A stretch of 64,000 nt of DNA from a bacterium (lineage in GTDB: Bacteria > JADJOY01): NCBI GenBank assembly GCA_046331705.1, contig JAXLQJ010000015.1, positions 1-64,000 on the forward strand, in the 5' to 3' direction. Numbering within the stretch: position 1 is the first letter of the stretch; the number at the start of each line of letters is the position of its first letter. The notes beneath the pieces are model-generated. The model saw only the letters and a list, made by a program, of their open reading frames with translations, did no database searches and was not told the DNA's origin. This document shows, in pieces, positions 7,362 to 16,120 of this stretch. The position numbers were made by a program, and so were the translations under genes.

Positions 7362-9230
7362 TCAGCCGCGTGCACGCGGCTGAGCGATCGGCACGGGCTC
7401 GCTCTCGGTTCCGTCGCCCGTGGCGTTCTCGGCGGTGGTCACGCGCATCACCTCCTCGAACGTGGTCTCGCCCTTGATCATCTTGAGCACGGCGGCCTCG
7501 CGCAGCGAGCGCATGCCTTCCTTGATCGCAGCTTTGCGGATCTTGTCGGTCCCGGCGTTGCGCCGGATCAGGCCCGCGACCTCGTCGCTCACCTCGAACA
7601 TCTCGACCACCGAGGTCCGGCCGTAGTAGCCGGTGCCGCGGCAACGGGCACAGCCCTCGCCCTCGTAGACCAGCATCGGGGTGGGCGAGTTGTCGCGCAA
7701 CCCGAGCGCTCGCCACTCGTCGAGGTCGAGCTTGCGCTCGTGCTTGCACTCGATGCAGATCGTGCGCAGCAAGCGCTGCGCCACGACGCCGTTCAGGCAC
7801 GACGCGATCAGGAACGGCTCGATGCCGAGGTCGACCAGCCGCGTCAGCGCTTCGATCGCGTCGTTGGTGTGGAGCGTGGAGAGCACCAGGTGGCCGGTGA
7901 GCGCCGACTGGACCGCGTTGGTCGCGGTCTCCGCGTCGCGGATCTCGCCGACCATGATCACGTCCGGGTCCTGGCGCAGCACGTGGCGCAGCGCGGACGC
8001 GAACGTGATGCCGATCTTGGGCTGCACGAGGACCTGGTTGAACTCCTCGAAGACCATCTCGATCGGGTCCTCGAGCGAGGTGACGTTGCGCTCGTCGCTG
8101 GCGAGCATGCGCATGCCGGCGTAGAGCGTGGTGGTCTTGCCGCTGCCGGTGGGCCCGGTCACCAGGATCATGCCGTGCGGTCGCTCCAGCATCCGCAGGA
8201 ACACGCGCCGCTCGCGCTCGAAGAAGCCGAGGTCCTCGATGTCGTACGAGGAGCGCTCGGGATCGAAGATGCGCAGCACGGTCTTCTCGCCGAACGCGAC
8301 CGGTAGCGTCGAGACGCGCAGCTCCACCTCTTCGCCGGCCGCGGCGGTCTTGAAGCGGCCGTCTTGCGGCAGCCGGCGCTCGGCGATGTCGAGGCGGGCC
8401 AGCATCTTGATCCGCGACACGATCGCGTTGTGCACGACCCGCGGCATGGTGTGGACGTTGTGCAGCACGCCGTCGATGCGGAGCCGGATCACCGAGTGCT
8501 CGCGCTTGGGCTCGATGTGGATGTCGCTGGCGCGCTGGTCGTACGCGTAGCGCAGCAGGTACTCGACGGCGTTGATGACGTGCTTGTCGGTGGCCTCGAG
8601 CTCGCGGTCGGATTGCAGCTGGACCAGCTGCTCGAGGTTGCCGAGGTCGACGCTCGGCTTGAGCTCCCGTTCCGCCGCCTTGACCGAGGTCCGGAACCCG
8701 TAGAACTCGGTGATGGTCTTCAGGATGTCGGTCTTGGTGCCCACCACCGGGCGAATGTCGTAGTTCGACACCGCGCGCAGGTTCCTCACCATCTCGTCGT
8801 CGAAGGGGTTGGCGGTGGCGACGGTGAGCAGCCGCTTGTCGAGGCTGAGCGGGATGATCGAGTGGCGCCGCGCGAACGGCCGCGAGACCACGCGCGTGAT
8901 GAGCGCCGCGTCGAGCTTGAGCGGGTCGATGCGCACGAACTCGAGCCCCGCCGCGTCGGCGAGCGCGCGCATGATCGTCTCCTCGTCGATCTTCTCGCCG
9001 CGCTTGGCGTTCGCGCGCGGGAAACCGAAGCCCGCGATGATGTCGACCGCCGTGATGTCCGAGGGCGAGGGCGGCGCCGAGCGCATCTGCGCCGCGAGCT
9101 TGCGCGCGTCCGAGAGCAGCCGATGCCGCTGCACCCGCTCCTTGATGGTCGATTCGAGACGCTGATCAGGCGTCATCAAGCCGGCGTCCACCAGGATCTT
9201 GGTGACGTAATCGACGGTGAGCTGGCGCAT
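7362..9230 (-). CDS. GspE/PilB family secretion/pilus assembly ATPase
   Basis: 'ASDIHIEP', 'RLPQDGR', Walker A 'GPTGSGKTT', 'LRQDPDVIMVGEIRD', 'STLHTND', Zn motif 'CIEC...CARC', and an N-terminal GspE_N region. Confidence 0.95.
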   Translation of the reverse strand: MRQLTVDYVTKILVDAGLMTPDQRLESTIKERVQRHRLLSDARKLAAQMRSAPPSPSDITAVDIIAGFGFPRANAKRGEKIDEETIMRALADAAGLEFVRIDPLKLDAALITRVVSRPFARRHSIIPLSLDKRLLTVATANPFDDEMVRNLRAVSNYDIRPVVGTKTDILKTITEFYGFRTSVKAAERELKPSVDLGNLEQLVQLQSDRELEATDKHVINAVEYLLRYAYDQRASDIHIEPKREHSVIRLRIDGVLHNVHTMPRVVHNAIVSRIKMLARLDIAERRLPQDGRFKTAAAGEEVELRVSTLPVAFGEKTVLRIFDPERSSYDIEDLGFFERERRVFLRMLERPHGMILVTGPTGSGKTTTLYAGMRMLASDERNVTSLEDPIEMVFEEFNQVLVQPKIGITFASALRHVLRQDPDVIMVGEIRDAETATNAVQSALTGHLVLSTLHTNDAIEALTRLVDLGIEPFLIASCLNGVVAQRLLRTICIECKHERKLDLDEWRALGLRDNSPTPMLVYEGEGCARCRGTGYYGRTSVVEMFEVSDEVAGLIRRNAGTDKIRKAAIKEGMRSLREAAVLKMIKGETTFEEVMRVTTAENATGDGTESEPVPIAQPRARG

Positions 9231-9422
9231 GCGCGAACGGTTGCCCGTGGCATCCGACGGGCAACCACGCCGATCGTACCCGCGACCAGCGGACCGAGCA
9301 ATCGAGGACCGACGTCGGCCGCGCTACGATCGCGGCGCCGGCTGGTTCCAGCCCCCCTCCCGCTCGATCCGCGCGCCGGAGGGACGTCGCGCCGCCGCGC
9401 GAGCGAGATCTGAGGCGACTCG

Positions 9423-10055
9423 ATGGCCGAATCTGGACTCGGTCGCGACGACGACCGAACGAGCCCCCTTCGCGGCAACCCGTACCGCGCGCCTCGGGAA
9501 TCCGACTCCCGCGGCGCGTCGAGACCGTTCGAGCCGACGCGCTTGCAGCTCGTCACGCTCGCTGCTGCCACGGTGTGGATCGTCTTCGTGATGGTGCGGG
9601 TCGAAGCGTGGAACCTGCGTCACCCGCGCCTGTCGGGGGTGGAGCGGTTCTTCGCGGATCGGGGCGAAGGGCACCGCGGCAAGTGGCGCGTCCCCGGCTG
9701 TGCGAAGGACGGCGACTTCACGACGAGCACCCCCGAGGCGTGTTGGCGCTTCCACGAGGGCGCGAAGCGCGGGCTCCGCGGCGCGCTCCCGGGTCCGCTC
9801 TCCGACGTCGAGCGCGCCGAGATGAACCGCTATCTGAGCGACGCGAAGGATCAGCTCGCGTTTCGGAGCTTCGTCACGGTGGCTGCGTTCACCCAGTACC
9901 CCATGATCGTGCTGGTGGCGCTTCAAGCCTGGCCGCTGGCGAGTCGCGCCCGCGAGCGCCGGCATCGTCGGATGGGCGAGATCTGTCTCTCAGCAGCGGG
10001 CGTATGTCTCGCGGTGGCGTACGTGCGAGAATATTTCGGCAGCTTGGGCTGGTGA
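9423..10055 (+). CDS. Hypothetical membrane protein
   Basis: ORF with about three hydrophobic segments and a GAGG RBS. No family recognised. Confidence 0.6.
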   Translation: MAESGLGRDDDRTSPLRGNPYRAPRESDSRGASRPFEPTRLQLVTLAAATVWIVFVMVRVEAWNLRHPRLSGVERFFADRGEGHRGKWRVPGCAKDGDFTTSTPEACWRFHEGAKRGLRGALPGPLSDVERAEMNRYLSDAKDQLAFRSFVTVAAFTQYPMIVLVALQAWPLASRARERRHRRMGEICLSAAGVCLAVAYVREYFGSLGW

Positions 10056-10106
10056 TCGAGACGGTGGGATCGTCAGCAGCGGGCTCGGCGGCGCGAGAGG
10101 CCCTGC

Positions 10107-10472
10107 ATGCCGATCATCGACGTCGAGCTGGTGATCGCGGGCAGCGGCGAGATCGCGGCCGGGCTCGCCTCCTCGCTCGCCGACCAGCTCGGCCAGTTGC
10201 TCGGAGCGCAGCCGGGCCACGTGTGGGTGCGGGTTCGGTCGCTCGCCGCCGATCGCTACGCCGAGAACGCGAGCGCGCTCGGCGCCGAAGAGTTGCCCGT
10301 CTTCGTGAGCGTGCTTCACGCCGGGCGTCCGGAAGCGAGCGTGCTCGCCGCCGAGGCGGCGGGAATCGCGCGCGTGGTGGCGGCGGTGACCGCTCGCCCG
10401 CCGGATCGAGTCCACGTCGAGTATCCGCCCCCTGCGGCCGGACGGATCGCGTTCGGCGGCGTTCTCGGATAG
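10107..10472 (+). CDS. Tautomerase superfamily protein
   Basis: Starts M-P-I-I-D-V (catalytic Pro-1 after Met removal); ~120 aa with two beta-alpha-beta-like units ('HVWVRV', 'RVHVEY') ending 'IAFGG'. Confidence 0.7.
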   Translation: MPIIDVELVIAGSGEIAAGLASSLADQLGQLLGAQPGHVWVRVRSLAADRYAENASALGAEELPVFVSVLHAGRPEASVLAAEAAGIARVVAAVTARPPDRVHVEYPPPAAGRIAFGGVLG

Positions 10473-10579
10473 CCGCCTGGCGAAGGCCCACGCCGCCGCG
10501 GCGCCGCGCGCGGATCGCTGTCTGCCGCTCGATCGCCCCGAGGCTCCCCGCAGGCGCCGGCAGCGGGCGCCGGGAGCGC

Positions 10580-11155
10580 TCAGCGGGGGACGACGAGGTC
10601 CGCGCGGTGGAAGAGCGCGGCGAGGCCGCCCGAGTCGGCGAGCGCCGCCGCGCCGCCTTCGTCGCGATCGAGGATGGCGAGCACGCGACGCACCTCGCCG
10701 CCGGCCTCCCGGACGGCGTCGGCGGCGAGCTTCGAAGAGCCGCCCGAGGTCACCACGTCCTCGAGCAGCACCACCCGATCGCCGCTGCGAAAGGCCCCTT
10801 CGACGCGCTTGCCGAGGCCGTGTCCCTTGGCCTCCTTGCGCACGAAGAAGCCGCGCAGCTGGCGCCACCGCGAATGGTCGGCGGCGTGGACGAGGCACGC
10901 GCTCACCAGCGGCACGGCGCCCACCGCCATGCCGCCCAGGGCGTCGACCTCGCCGGGCGCGAAGCTCGCGTCGAGCAGATCGAGCAGGAGCCGCCCGGCC
11001 AGGCTCAGCCCCTCGGGCAGCATGAGCGTGACCCGGGCGTCGACGTAGAGATCGCTCTTCTTGCCGGACGCGAGAGTGAACTCGCCCCAGCGCACGCTGT
11101 GCGCGAGGAGCAGCGCGCGCAGTCGCTCGCGGGCATCCATCGAGGGCTGTTCCAT
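10580..11155 (-). CDS. pyrE: Orotate phosphoribosyltransferase
   Basis: 'GEFTLASGKKSDLYVD', 'FFVRKEAKGHG', PRPP motif 'VVLLEDVVTSGGS'. Confidence 0.95.
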   Translation of the reverse strand: MEQPSMDARERLRALLLAHSVRWGEFTLASGKKSDLYVDARVTLMLPEGLSLAGRLLLDLLDASFAPGEVDALGGMAVGAVPLVSACLVHAADHSRWRQLRGFFVRKEAKGHGLGKRVEGAFRSGDRVVLLEDVVTSGGSSKLAADAVREAGGEVRRVLAILDRDEGGAAALADSGGLAALFHRADLVVPR

Positions 11156-11214
11156 GGTGCGTGAGGCCTCGGATTCGGGCGCGGGGGGCGCGAGACTAGC
11201 ACGCGCTTCGAGCC

Positions 11215-11220
11215 TATAAT
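11215..11220 (+). promoter_or_regulatory. Perfect -10 box (TATAAT) upstream of the alpha/beta hydrolase
   Basis: TATAAT in the divergent intergenic region, 40 nt before ATG 11260. No convincing -35. Confidence 0.45.
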
Positions 11221-11259
11221 CGACGCAAAGCGTCAACTCGCTCCCACGAGGCCAAGCCC

Positions 11260-12528
11260 ATGCCGCACACCGCGAATGTGGATCGGATCGCGCTCGAAGA
11301 TCTCTGCGACGAGGAGGAGTACCTGGTCGAGACCCAGGATCATTGGAGCCTGGTCGTCACCCGCTACAAGCCCAAGAAGGTCGCGTTCGACCAGCCGCTC
11401 CAGGGCGTGCCGTTCCTGCTGGTGCACGGGTTCTCGCAGAACCGCCACGCGTGGACCTCGGGCGAGTTCGTGAAGAACATGGCGTTCTTCGGCGCGGACA
11501 TTCACATCGTCGAGCTGCGCGGTCACGGCAAGAGCTCCACCGCGCTCCAGTACCGCCGCCACCGCCGCGACGGGCGTCCGCTGCCGGGTGACATCCACTG
11601 GGCCTGGGACGTCGACAGCTACTTCATGTTCGACCTGCCCGCGACCATCCGCGAGGTGAAGCGCAAGAGCGGGCGCCGCAAGCTGATGTACGTCGGCCAC
11701 AGCATGGGCGGGATGCTCGGCTACGGGCTGGCGTCGTGGCAGCAGGAGGATTTCCTCGGCCTGGTCACGATCGGCGCGCCCAGCGACATCGGGCGCGGCT
11801 TTCCGTTGATCCAGATGTTGGCGCTCGTCGATCTGCTCGGCGTGCCCACGGTCGACGCCCTGCTGTGGGAGCTCAACGCGGCACGCAAGCTCGGCCACCG
11901 CTCCCGGCGTGCCTTGGCCGAGCTGGTCGAGTCGTTGCCGATGGTGCCCGAGACGGTCGTGGACCGGCTCGCGCCGGGCGGGGAGCCCCAGCCGCTCAAG
12001 TTCCAGGTGGTGCCGGTCGACGTGCTGCTGCGCACCGTGCAGAAGTTCTTCAACCGCCCGGGCACGCTTCTCGGGGGGATCCCCAAGTACATCCCGCTCA
12101 TGTGGAACCCCGAGCGCGCCAACCCCGAGCGAATCAAGTCGCTGCTCAACATCGGCGGCGGACCCGAGCCGCGCGCCGTTGTGCGGCAGTTCGCGCGCTG
12201 GATCCGCAAGGACGAGCTCAAGTGCTACAAGCTCAACTACGACTTCAAGAAGAACTTCGAGAAGATCGAGATCCCGGTGGCGATCGTCTTCGGTGATCAG
12301 GACCGGATCGCCGATCTCAAGAGCACCAGCAGCATCTACAAGAACGCGCGCAGCAACTACCTGCTGTGGCGCCCGGTGAAGGGCAACAGCCACATCGATC
12401 TGACGATGGGGCACGACATTCGCCAGATCTGCTACGACATCAAGAACCTCGCCGATTACGCGCTCAAGCATCAGCACAAGGAGCCGAGCTTGCCGCGCGT
12501 CGACTCGCCGGAGCGCGCCGCGGGCTGA
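11260..12528 (+). CDS. Alpha/beta hydrolase (lipase/PhaC-like fold)
   Basis: 'LLVHGFSQN', nucleophile elbow 'GHSMGG', 'GDQDRIA', 'SHIDLTMG'. Confidence 0.88.
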   Translation: MPHTANVDRIALEDLCDEEEYLVETQDHWSLVVTRYKPKKVAFDQPLQGVPFLLVHGFSQNRHAWTSGEFVKNMAFFGADIHIVELRGHGKSSTALQYRRHRRDGRPLPGDIHWAWDVDSYFMFDLPATIREVKRKSGRRKLMYVGHSMGGMLGYGLASWQQEDFLGLVTIGAPSDIGRGFPLIQMLALVDLLGVPTVDALLWELNAARKLGHRSRRALAELVESLPMVPETVVDRLAPGGEPQPLKFQVVPVDVLLRTVQKFFNRPGTLLGGIPKYIPLMWNPERANPERIKSLLNIGGGPEPRAVVRQFARWIRKDELKCYKLNYDFKKNFEKIEIPVAIVFGDQDRIADLKSTSSIYKNARSNYLLWRPVKGNSHIDLTMGHDIRQICYDIKNLADYALKHQHKEPSLPRVDSPERAAG

Positions 12529-12549
12529 AGCTGGCGGCGCAGTGGTCGG

Positions 12550-13479
12550 TCAGCCCGCGCGCGCGAGCGCCGTGATCTCCTCGAGGAGCGCGAGCTGCGG
12601 TTCGAGGGCGTCGACGCTGCTGGTGAACTGCGCCTCGAGCACGATCTCGTCGGCGCCCAGCGCGCGGGTGGCCGCGAGGTCGGCGCGGATCTGGGCTCGG
12701 TCGCCGACGAAGATCGGCCGCCACTCGCTCGCGATCGGCTGCTCCGTCACGTGCAAGTTGGCGCGCACGATCAGCTCGAGCCGCGCCGGATCGCGTCCCA
12801 GTGCCTCGGCTCGGGCGCGAATCCCCGCCCACATCTGGCGCATGCCCTCCACGGGGACTCCCGCGGGGTTCCAGCCGCTACCGTGCTTGGCGACCAGCTC
12901 CATCGCTTCGGGAGTGAAGGCGGCGAAGTAGAGCGGCGGGTGGGGCTCTTGCACCGGCTTGAGCGGCATCACCGAGCGCGGCACGGTGACGTGCTCGCCC
13001 CGGAACTCGACCGGGTCCGTCGTCCACAGCGTGCGCAGGGCCTCGACGTACTCGGCGGAGCGGCGCACGCGGCCACGCATGGGGACGCCCACGGCCTGGA
13101 ACTCGTCGGGTGACCAACCGTTGCCGAGGCCGAGCGCCACGCGCCCCTTCGAGAGCACGTCGAGTGTCGCGATGCGCCGAGCCAGCACCACCGGGTTGTA
13201 GAAGGGCAGGTTGATGACGCTGGTGCCGAGCCGCGCCTGCTTCGTGTGCGCCGCCACGAACGTGAGGGTGTCGAGGGCATCCAGCTCGCGCTGGAACTCG
13301 ACGGGGAGCTGGCCGTCCTTGCTGCCCGGATAGGGCGCCTGGGGCGACACCGGCCAGAGCAGCCGCTCGCCCACCCACAGGCTCGCGATGCCGAGCTCCT
13401 CGGCTCGGGTGGCGGAACGGACCAGCGCTTCGGGGCCGGCAACGGCGCCGTGCTGCGGCAATGTCCAACCGATACGCAT
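12550..13479 (-). CDS. LLM-class (probably F420-dependent) oxidoreductase
   Basis: 'AEELGIASLWVGERLL', 'LGTSVINLPFYNPVVLARRIATLDVLSKGR', 'LKPVQEPHPP'. The true start is ATG 13479 rather than the longer ORF start. Confidence 0.9.
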   Translation of the reverse strand: MRIGWTLPQHGAVAGPEALVRSATRAEELGIASLWVGERLLWPVSPQAPYPGSKDGQLPVEFQRELDALDTLTFVAAHTKQARLGTSVINLPFYNPVVLARRIATLDVLSKGRVALGLGNGWSPDEFQAVGVPMRGRVRRSAEYVEALRTLWTTDPVEFRGEHVTVPRSVMPLKPVQEPHPPLYFAAFTPEAMELVAKHGSGWNPAGVPVEGMRQMWAGIRARAEALGRDPARLELIVRANLHVTEQPIASEWRPIFVGDRAQIRADLAATRALGADEIVLEAQFTSSVDALEPQLALLEEITALARAG

Positions 13480-13487
13480 CTCGGGCC

Positions 13488-13826
13488 TCACTTGGACGCG
13501 ACGCGCGGCACGCAGCCCGCCTGTCGGAAGGGCTTGCCGTCGTGATCGAGGATCTCGAGCTTTCCTTCGAACGGCGAGATGTCCTTGTACTCGCGGGCGA
13601 TGATGGTGCAGTCGTCCATCACGAAGACCACGTCCTTGATGGTGCTCGTGCCCTCCTGGTGGAACGAGATGCCGAGCACCTGCTGCGCGCCGTCGGGGGC
13701 GTGGAGCTTCTGAGCGCCGAGACCCCAGCGCGACAAGGTCCGGCCGCACCCGGAGGAGCCCAGCGTCAGCGCCAAGACTAGGGCTGCGGCGAGGGAGATC
13801 GCGAACGGCATCGTGAGCTTGCGCAT
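13488..13826 (-). CDS. Hypothetical lipoprotein
   Basis: Signal peptide ending 'GSSGC', GAGGGG RBS. No family recognised. Confidence 0.65.
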   Translation of the reverse strand: MRKLTMPFAISLAAALVLALTLGSSGCGRTLSRWGLGAQKLHAPDGAQQVLGISFHQEGTSTIKDVVFVMDDCTIIAREYKDISPFEGKLEILDHDGKPFRQAGCVPRVASK

Positions 13827-13863
13827 GGTGTCCCCTCGGGAGCCGGCGAGCGGCTCGTGCGTA

Positions 13864-14886
13864 TCAGCGAAGCAGCACGTCGCAGACGAACCGGACCTTC
13901 GTCACCAGCCGCCCGAACGCGTTGCGATGGATGTTGCGGCGCAGCACCAGGAGCAGCCAGCGCTCCAGCGTGTGGCGATCGAGCTTGTCGCCGAGCTTCT
14001 TCTTGCGCGGCGCCATCCCGGGCACCCGACCTTCGTCGATGGCGGCGTAGAGCGTTCGCTTGTCGAAGCCCCAGGTCGCGAGATCCGCCGGATCCAGCCG
14101 ATCCGTGAGGCCGCGCACGAAACGATAGTGCGCCTCGTCGCCCGCGAGCTGACGCGCCCATTTCTCGATCGACTCGGTGTTGGGTCGGGTGTGCTTGCCC
14201 ACGCCCGTGGGATCGCCGAGCCCCTTCTGGACGCGCTCGTGCTTGCCGTACTCGATCGCGTCGGCCTCGAACGGGACGCCCAGGAACTCGAAGATCTCAC
14301 GCATCCGCGCTTCCGGGTCCGCCACCAGGTCCTCGTAGCGCACGTGGTGGATCGGCACCGGTCGCTCCCGAAGGAAGCGCGCGATGGCGGGGACGTAGCG
14401 GTCGAGGATCGGGTTGAACCGGTTCGCGGCCTCGAAATCGCCCTCGAAGAAGCTCTCGGCGAACGAGCAGAAGATCGCCGCGGGATGGCGCGTGAGCACC
14501 ACGTACTTGGCGCGCGGGTAGAGCTTGCTCAGGAACGGCAGCACCAGCGCGTAGGCGGGCGTCTTGTCGAGGAGACGTTCCTTGCCGCTCTTGGCGAGTG
14601 TCCGCCCGTAGAGGACGTCGGTGTACGCGCGCAGCGCGTCCAGGTAGTCGGCCTCGCCGTTCGGCAGCTCGGCGACGAAGCCACGAATCGCGTCGACGGC
14701 GCGCAGGTGGTCGTACGGTGCTGCTTGAACCGTGTCGTAATAGCCCAGGTGCGCGAGCGGCGTGATGATGTGCGGTTCGGGGCCGCCGGCGATCATCGAG
14801 TGCGACGAGAGCATGCGCTCGAGCAACGTGGACCCCGAGCGCGGTGATCCGATCACGAACAAAAGCCGCTCCTGAAGCTCGGACAC
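13864..14886 (-). CDS. Sulfotransferase family protein
   Basis: PAPS-binding 'GSPRSGSTLL', 'LDKTPAY', 'RHPAAIFCS', 'VRYEDLV'. GTG start after GGAGG. Confidence 0.92.
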   Translation of the reverse strand: MSELQERLLFVIGSPRSGSTLLERMLSSHSMIAGGPEPHIITPLAHLGYYDTVQAAPYDHLRAVDAIRGFVAELPNGEADYLDALRAYTDVLYGRTLAKSGKERLLDKTPAYALVLPFLSKLYPRAKYVVLTRHPAAIFCSFAESFFEGDFEAANRFNPILDRYVPAIARFLRERPVPIHHVRYEDLVADPEARMREIFEFLGVPFEADAIEYGKHERVQKGLGDPTGVGKHTRPNTESIEKWARQLAGDEAHYRFVRGLTDRLDPADLATWGFDKRTLYAAIDEGRVPGMAPRKKKLGDKLDRHTLERWLLLVLRRNIHRNAFGRLVTKVRFVCDVLLR

Positions 14887-15021
14887 GCCTCCCCCTCCGC
14901 TGCCGCCGAACGTCGCCCCGGCAGGGGCGGGAAGTTGCTTCGCTCGGTGCGTGCTGGCAACCGTCGACAACGCATCGCGCGCGGATGTTAGGTTGGGCGC
15001 TTCCGCCCGCGACTCGCGCTC

Positions 15022-16029
15022 ATGACCCGATCGCCGCATCAGCAACGGATCCGCGCCGGCATCCTCTCGGTGGTGGTGAGCGTGGTGCTGCTCGGCGCCA
15101 AGCTGGTGGCGTGGTTCCTCACCGGTTCCACCGCCGTGCTCTCGGACGCGCTCGAGAGCATCGTGAACGTGGTGGCGTCGAGCTTCGCGCTGTTCGCGCT
15201 GGTGGTGGGTTCCCGGCCCGCGGATCGCGATCATCCGTATGGGCACGGCAAGGCCGAGGATTTCTCCGCGGGCGTGGAGGGCGCGCTCATCGTGGTGGCC
15301 GCGGTGCTCATCCTGGTGAAGGCGCTGCCCGAGCTCGCGAGCCCGCGCCCCGTCGCGCACCTCGACAGCGGCCTCGGGATCGTGGTGCTTGCAGGGTTGG
15401 TCAACCTCGGCGTCGGCTCGTTCCTGATCCGGCAGGGGCGCCGCACCCATTCCGCGGCGCTGGTCGCCGATGGCCAGCACCTGCTCACCGACGTCGTCAC
15501 GACCGCGGCGGTGGTGATCGGGCTGGTGCTGGTGCGCGTGACCGGTCGCGCGTGGTTCGACCCGGTCGCGGCGACGATCGTGGCGGTCCAGATCCTGGTG
15601 TCGGGAGTGCTGATCGTGCGGCGCTCGGTCGGTCACCTCATGGACGAGGCCGACCCCGCGTTGGTGGCGCGGATGCTCGAGGTGCTGCACGAGCTGCGCC
15701 AGCCCGGCCTGCTCGAGCCGCATCGGCTGCGCGTGCTGCGCCAGGGGCGCGAGCATCACATCGATCTGCACCTCGTGGTGCCGCGGTTCTGGTCGGTCGA
15801 GCGGGCGCACGCGCTCGAGCGCTCGCTCGGCGAGGACATCCTCGATCGCCTCGGGATCGCTGGGGACGCGATCGTGCACCTCGATCCGTGCAATCCCCAT
15901 TGTTGCGGATCGTGCGCGCTGCCCGACTGCCCGGTGCGCGCCCAGCCGTTCGAGCGTGACCGCGAGTGGTCGCTCGCCTCGATCACTGGCCCGCCGCCCT
16001 GGACGGACATCGCGTCGACGCTCGGGTGA
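15022..16029 (+). CDS. Cation diffusion facilitator (FieF-like) transporter
   Basis: 'SDALES', 'PADRDHPYGHGKAE', 'ADGQHLLTD', 'IVHLDP', with a Cys-rich tail. Confidence 0.93.
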   Translation: MTRSPHQQRIRAGILSVVVSVVLLGAKLVAWFLTGSTAVLSDALESIVNVVASSFALFALVVGSRPADRDHPYGHGKAEDFSAGVEGALIVVAAVLILVKALPELASPRPVAHLDSGLGIVVLAGLVNLGVGSFLIRQGRRTHSAALVADGQHLLTDVVTTAAVVIGLVLVRVTGRAWFDPVAATIVAVQILVSGVLIVRRSVGHLMDEADPALVARMLEVLHELRQPGLLEPHRLRVLRQGREHHIDLHLVVPRFWSVERAHALERSLGEDILDRLGIAGDAIVHLDPCNPHCCGSCALPDCPVRAQPFERDREWSLASITGPPPWTDIASTLG

Positions 16030-16120
16030 GCCGCGGCTGCGGCCGTTTCGGCGGGTGCGCGCGCCGCTCGCGGTCGCGAGCGATTGGCGGCGTTTTCGGC
16101 GCTATGGCAACCTGATTCGG

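Noticed and set aside
13864-15900. 678-aa extended sulfotransferase
   Set aside because: The extension is antisense to the CDF transporter. An RBS-supported GTG start lies at 14886.
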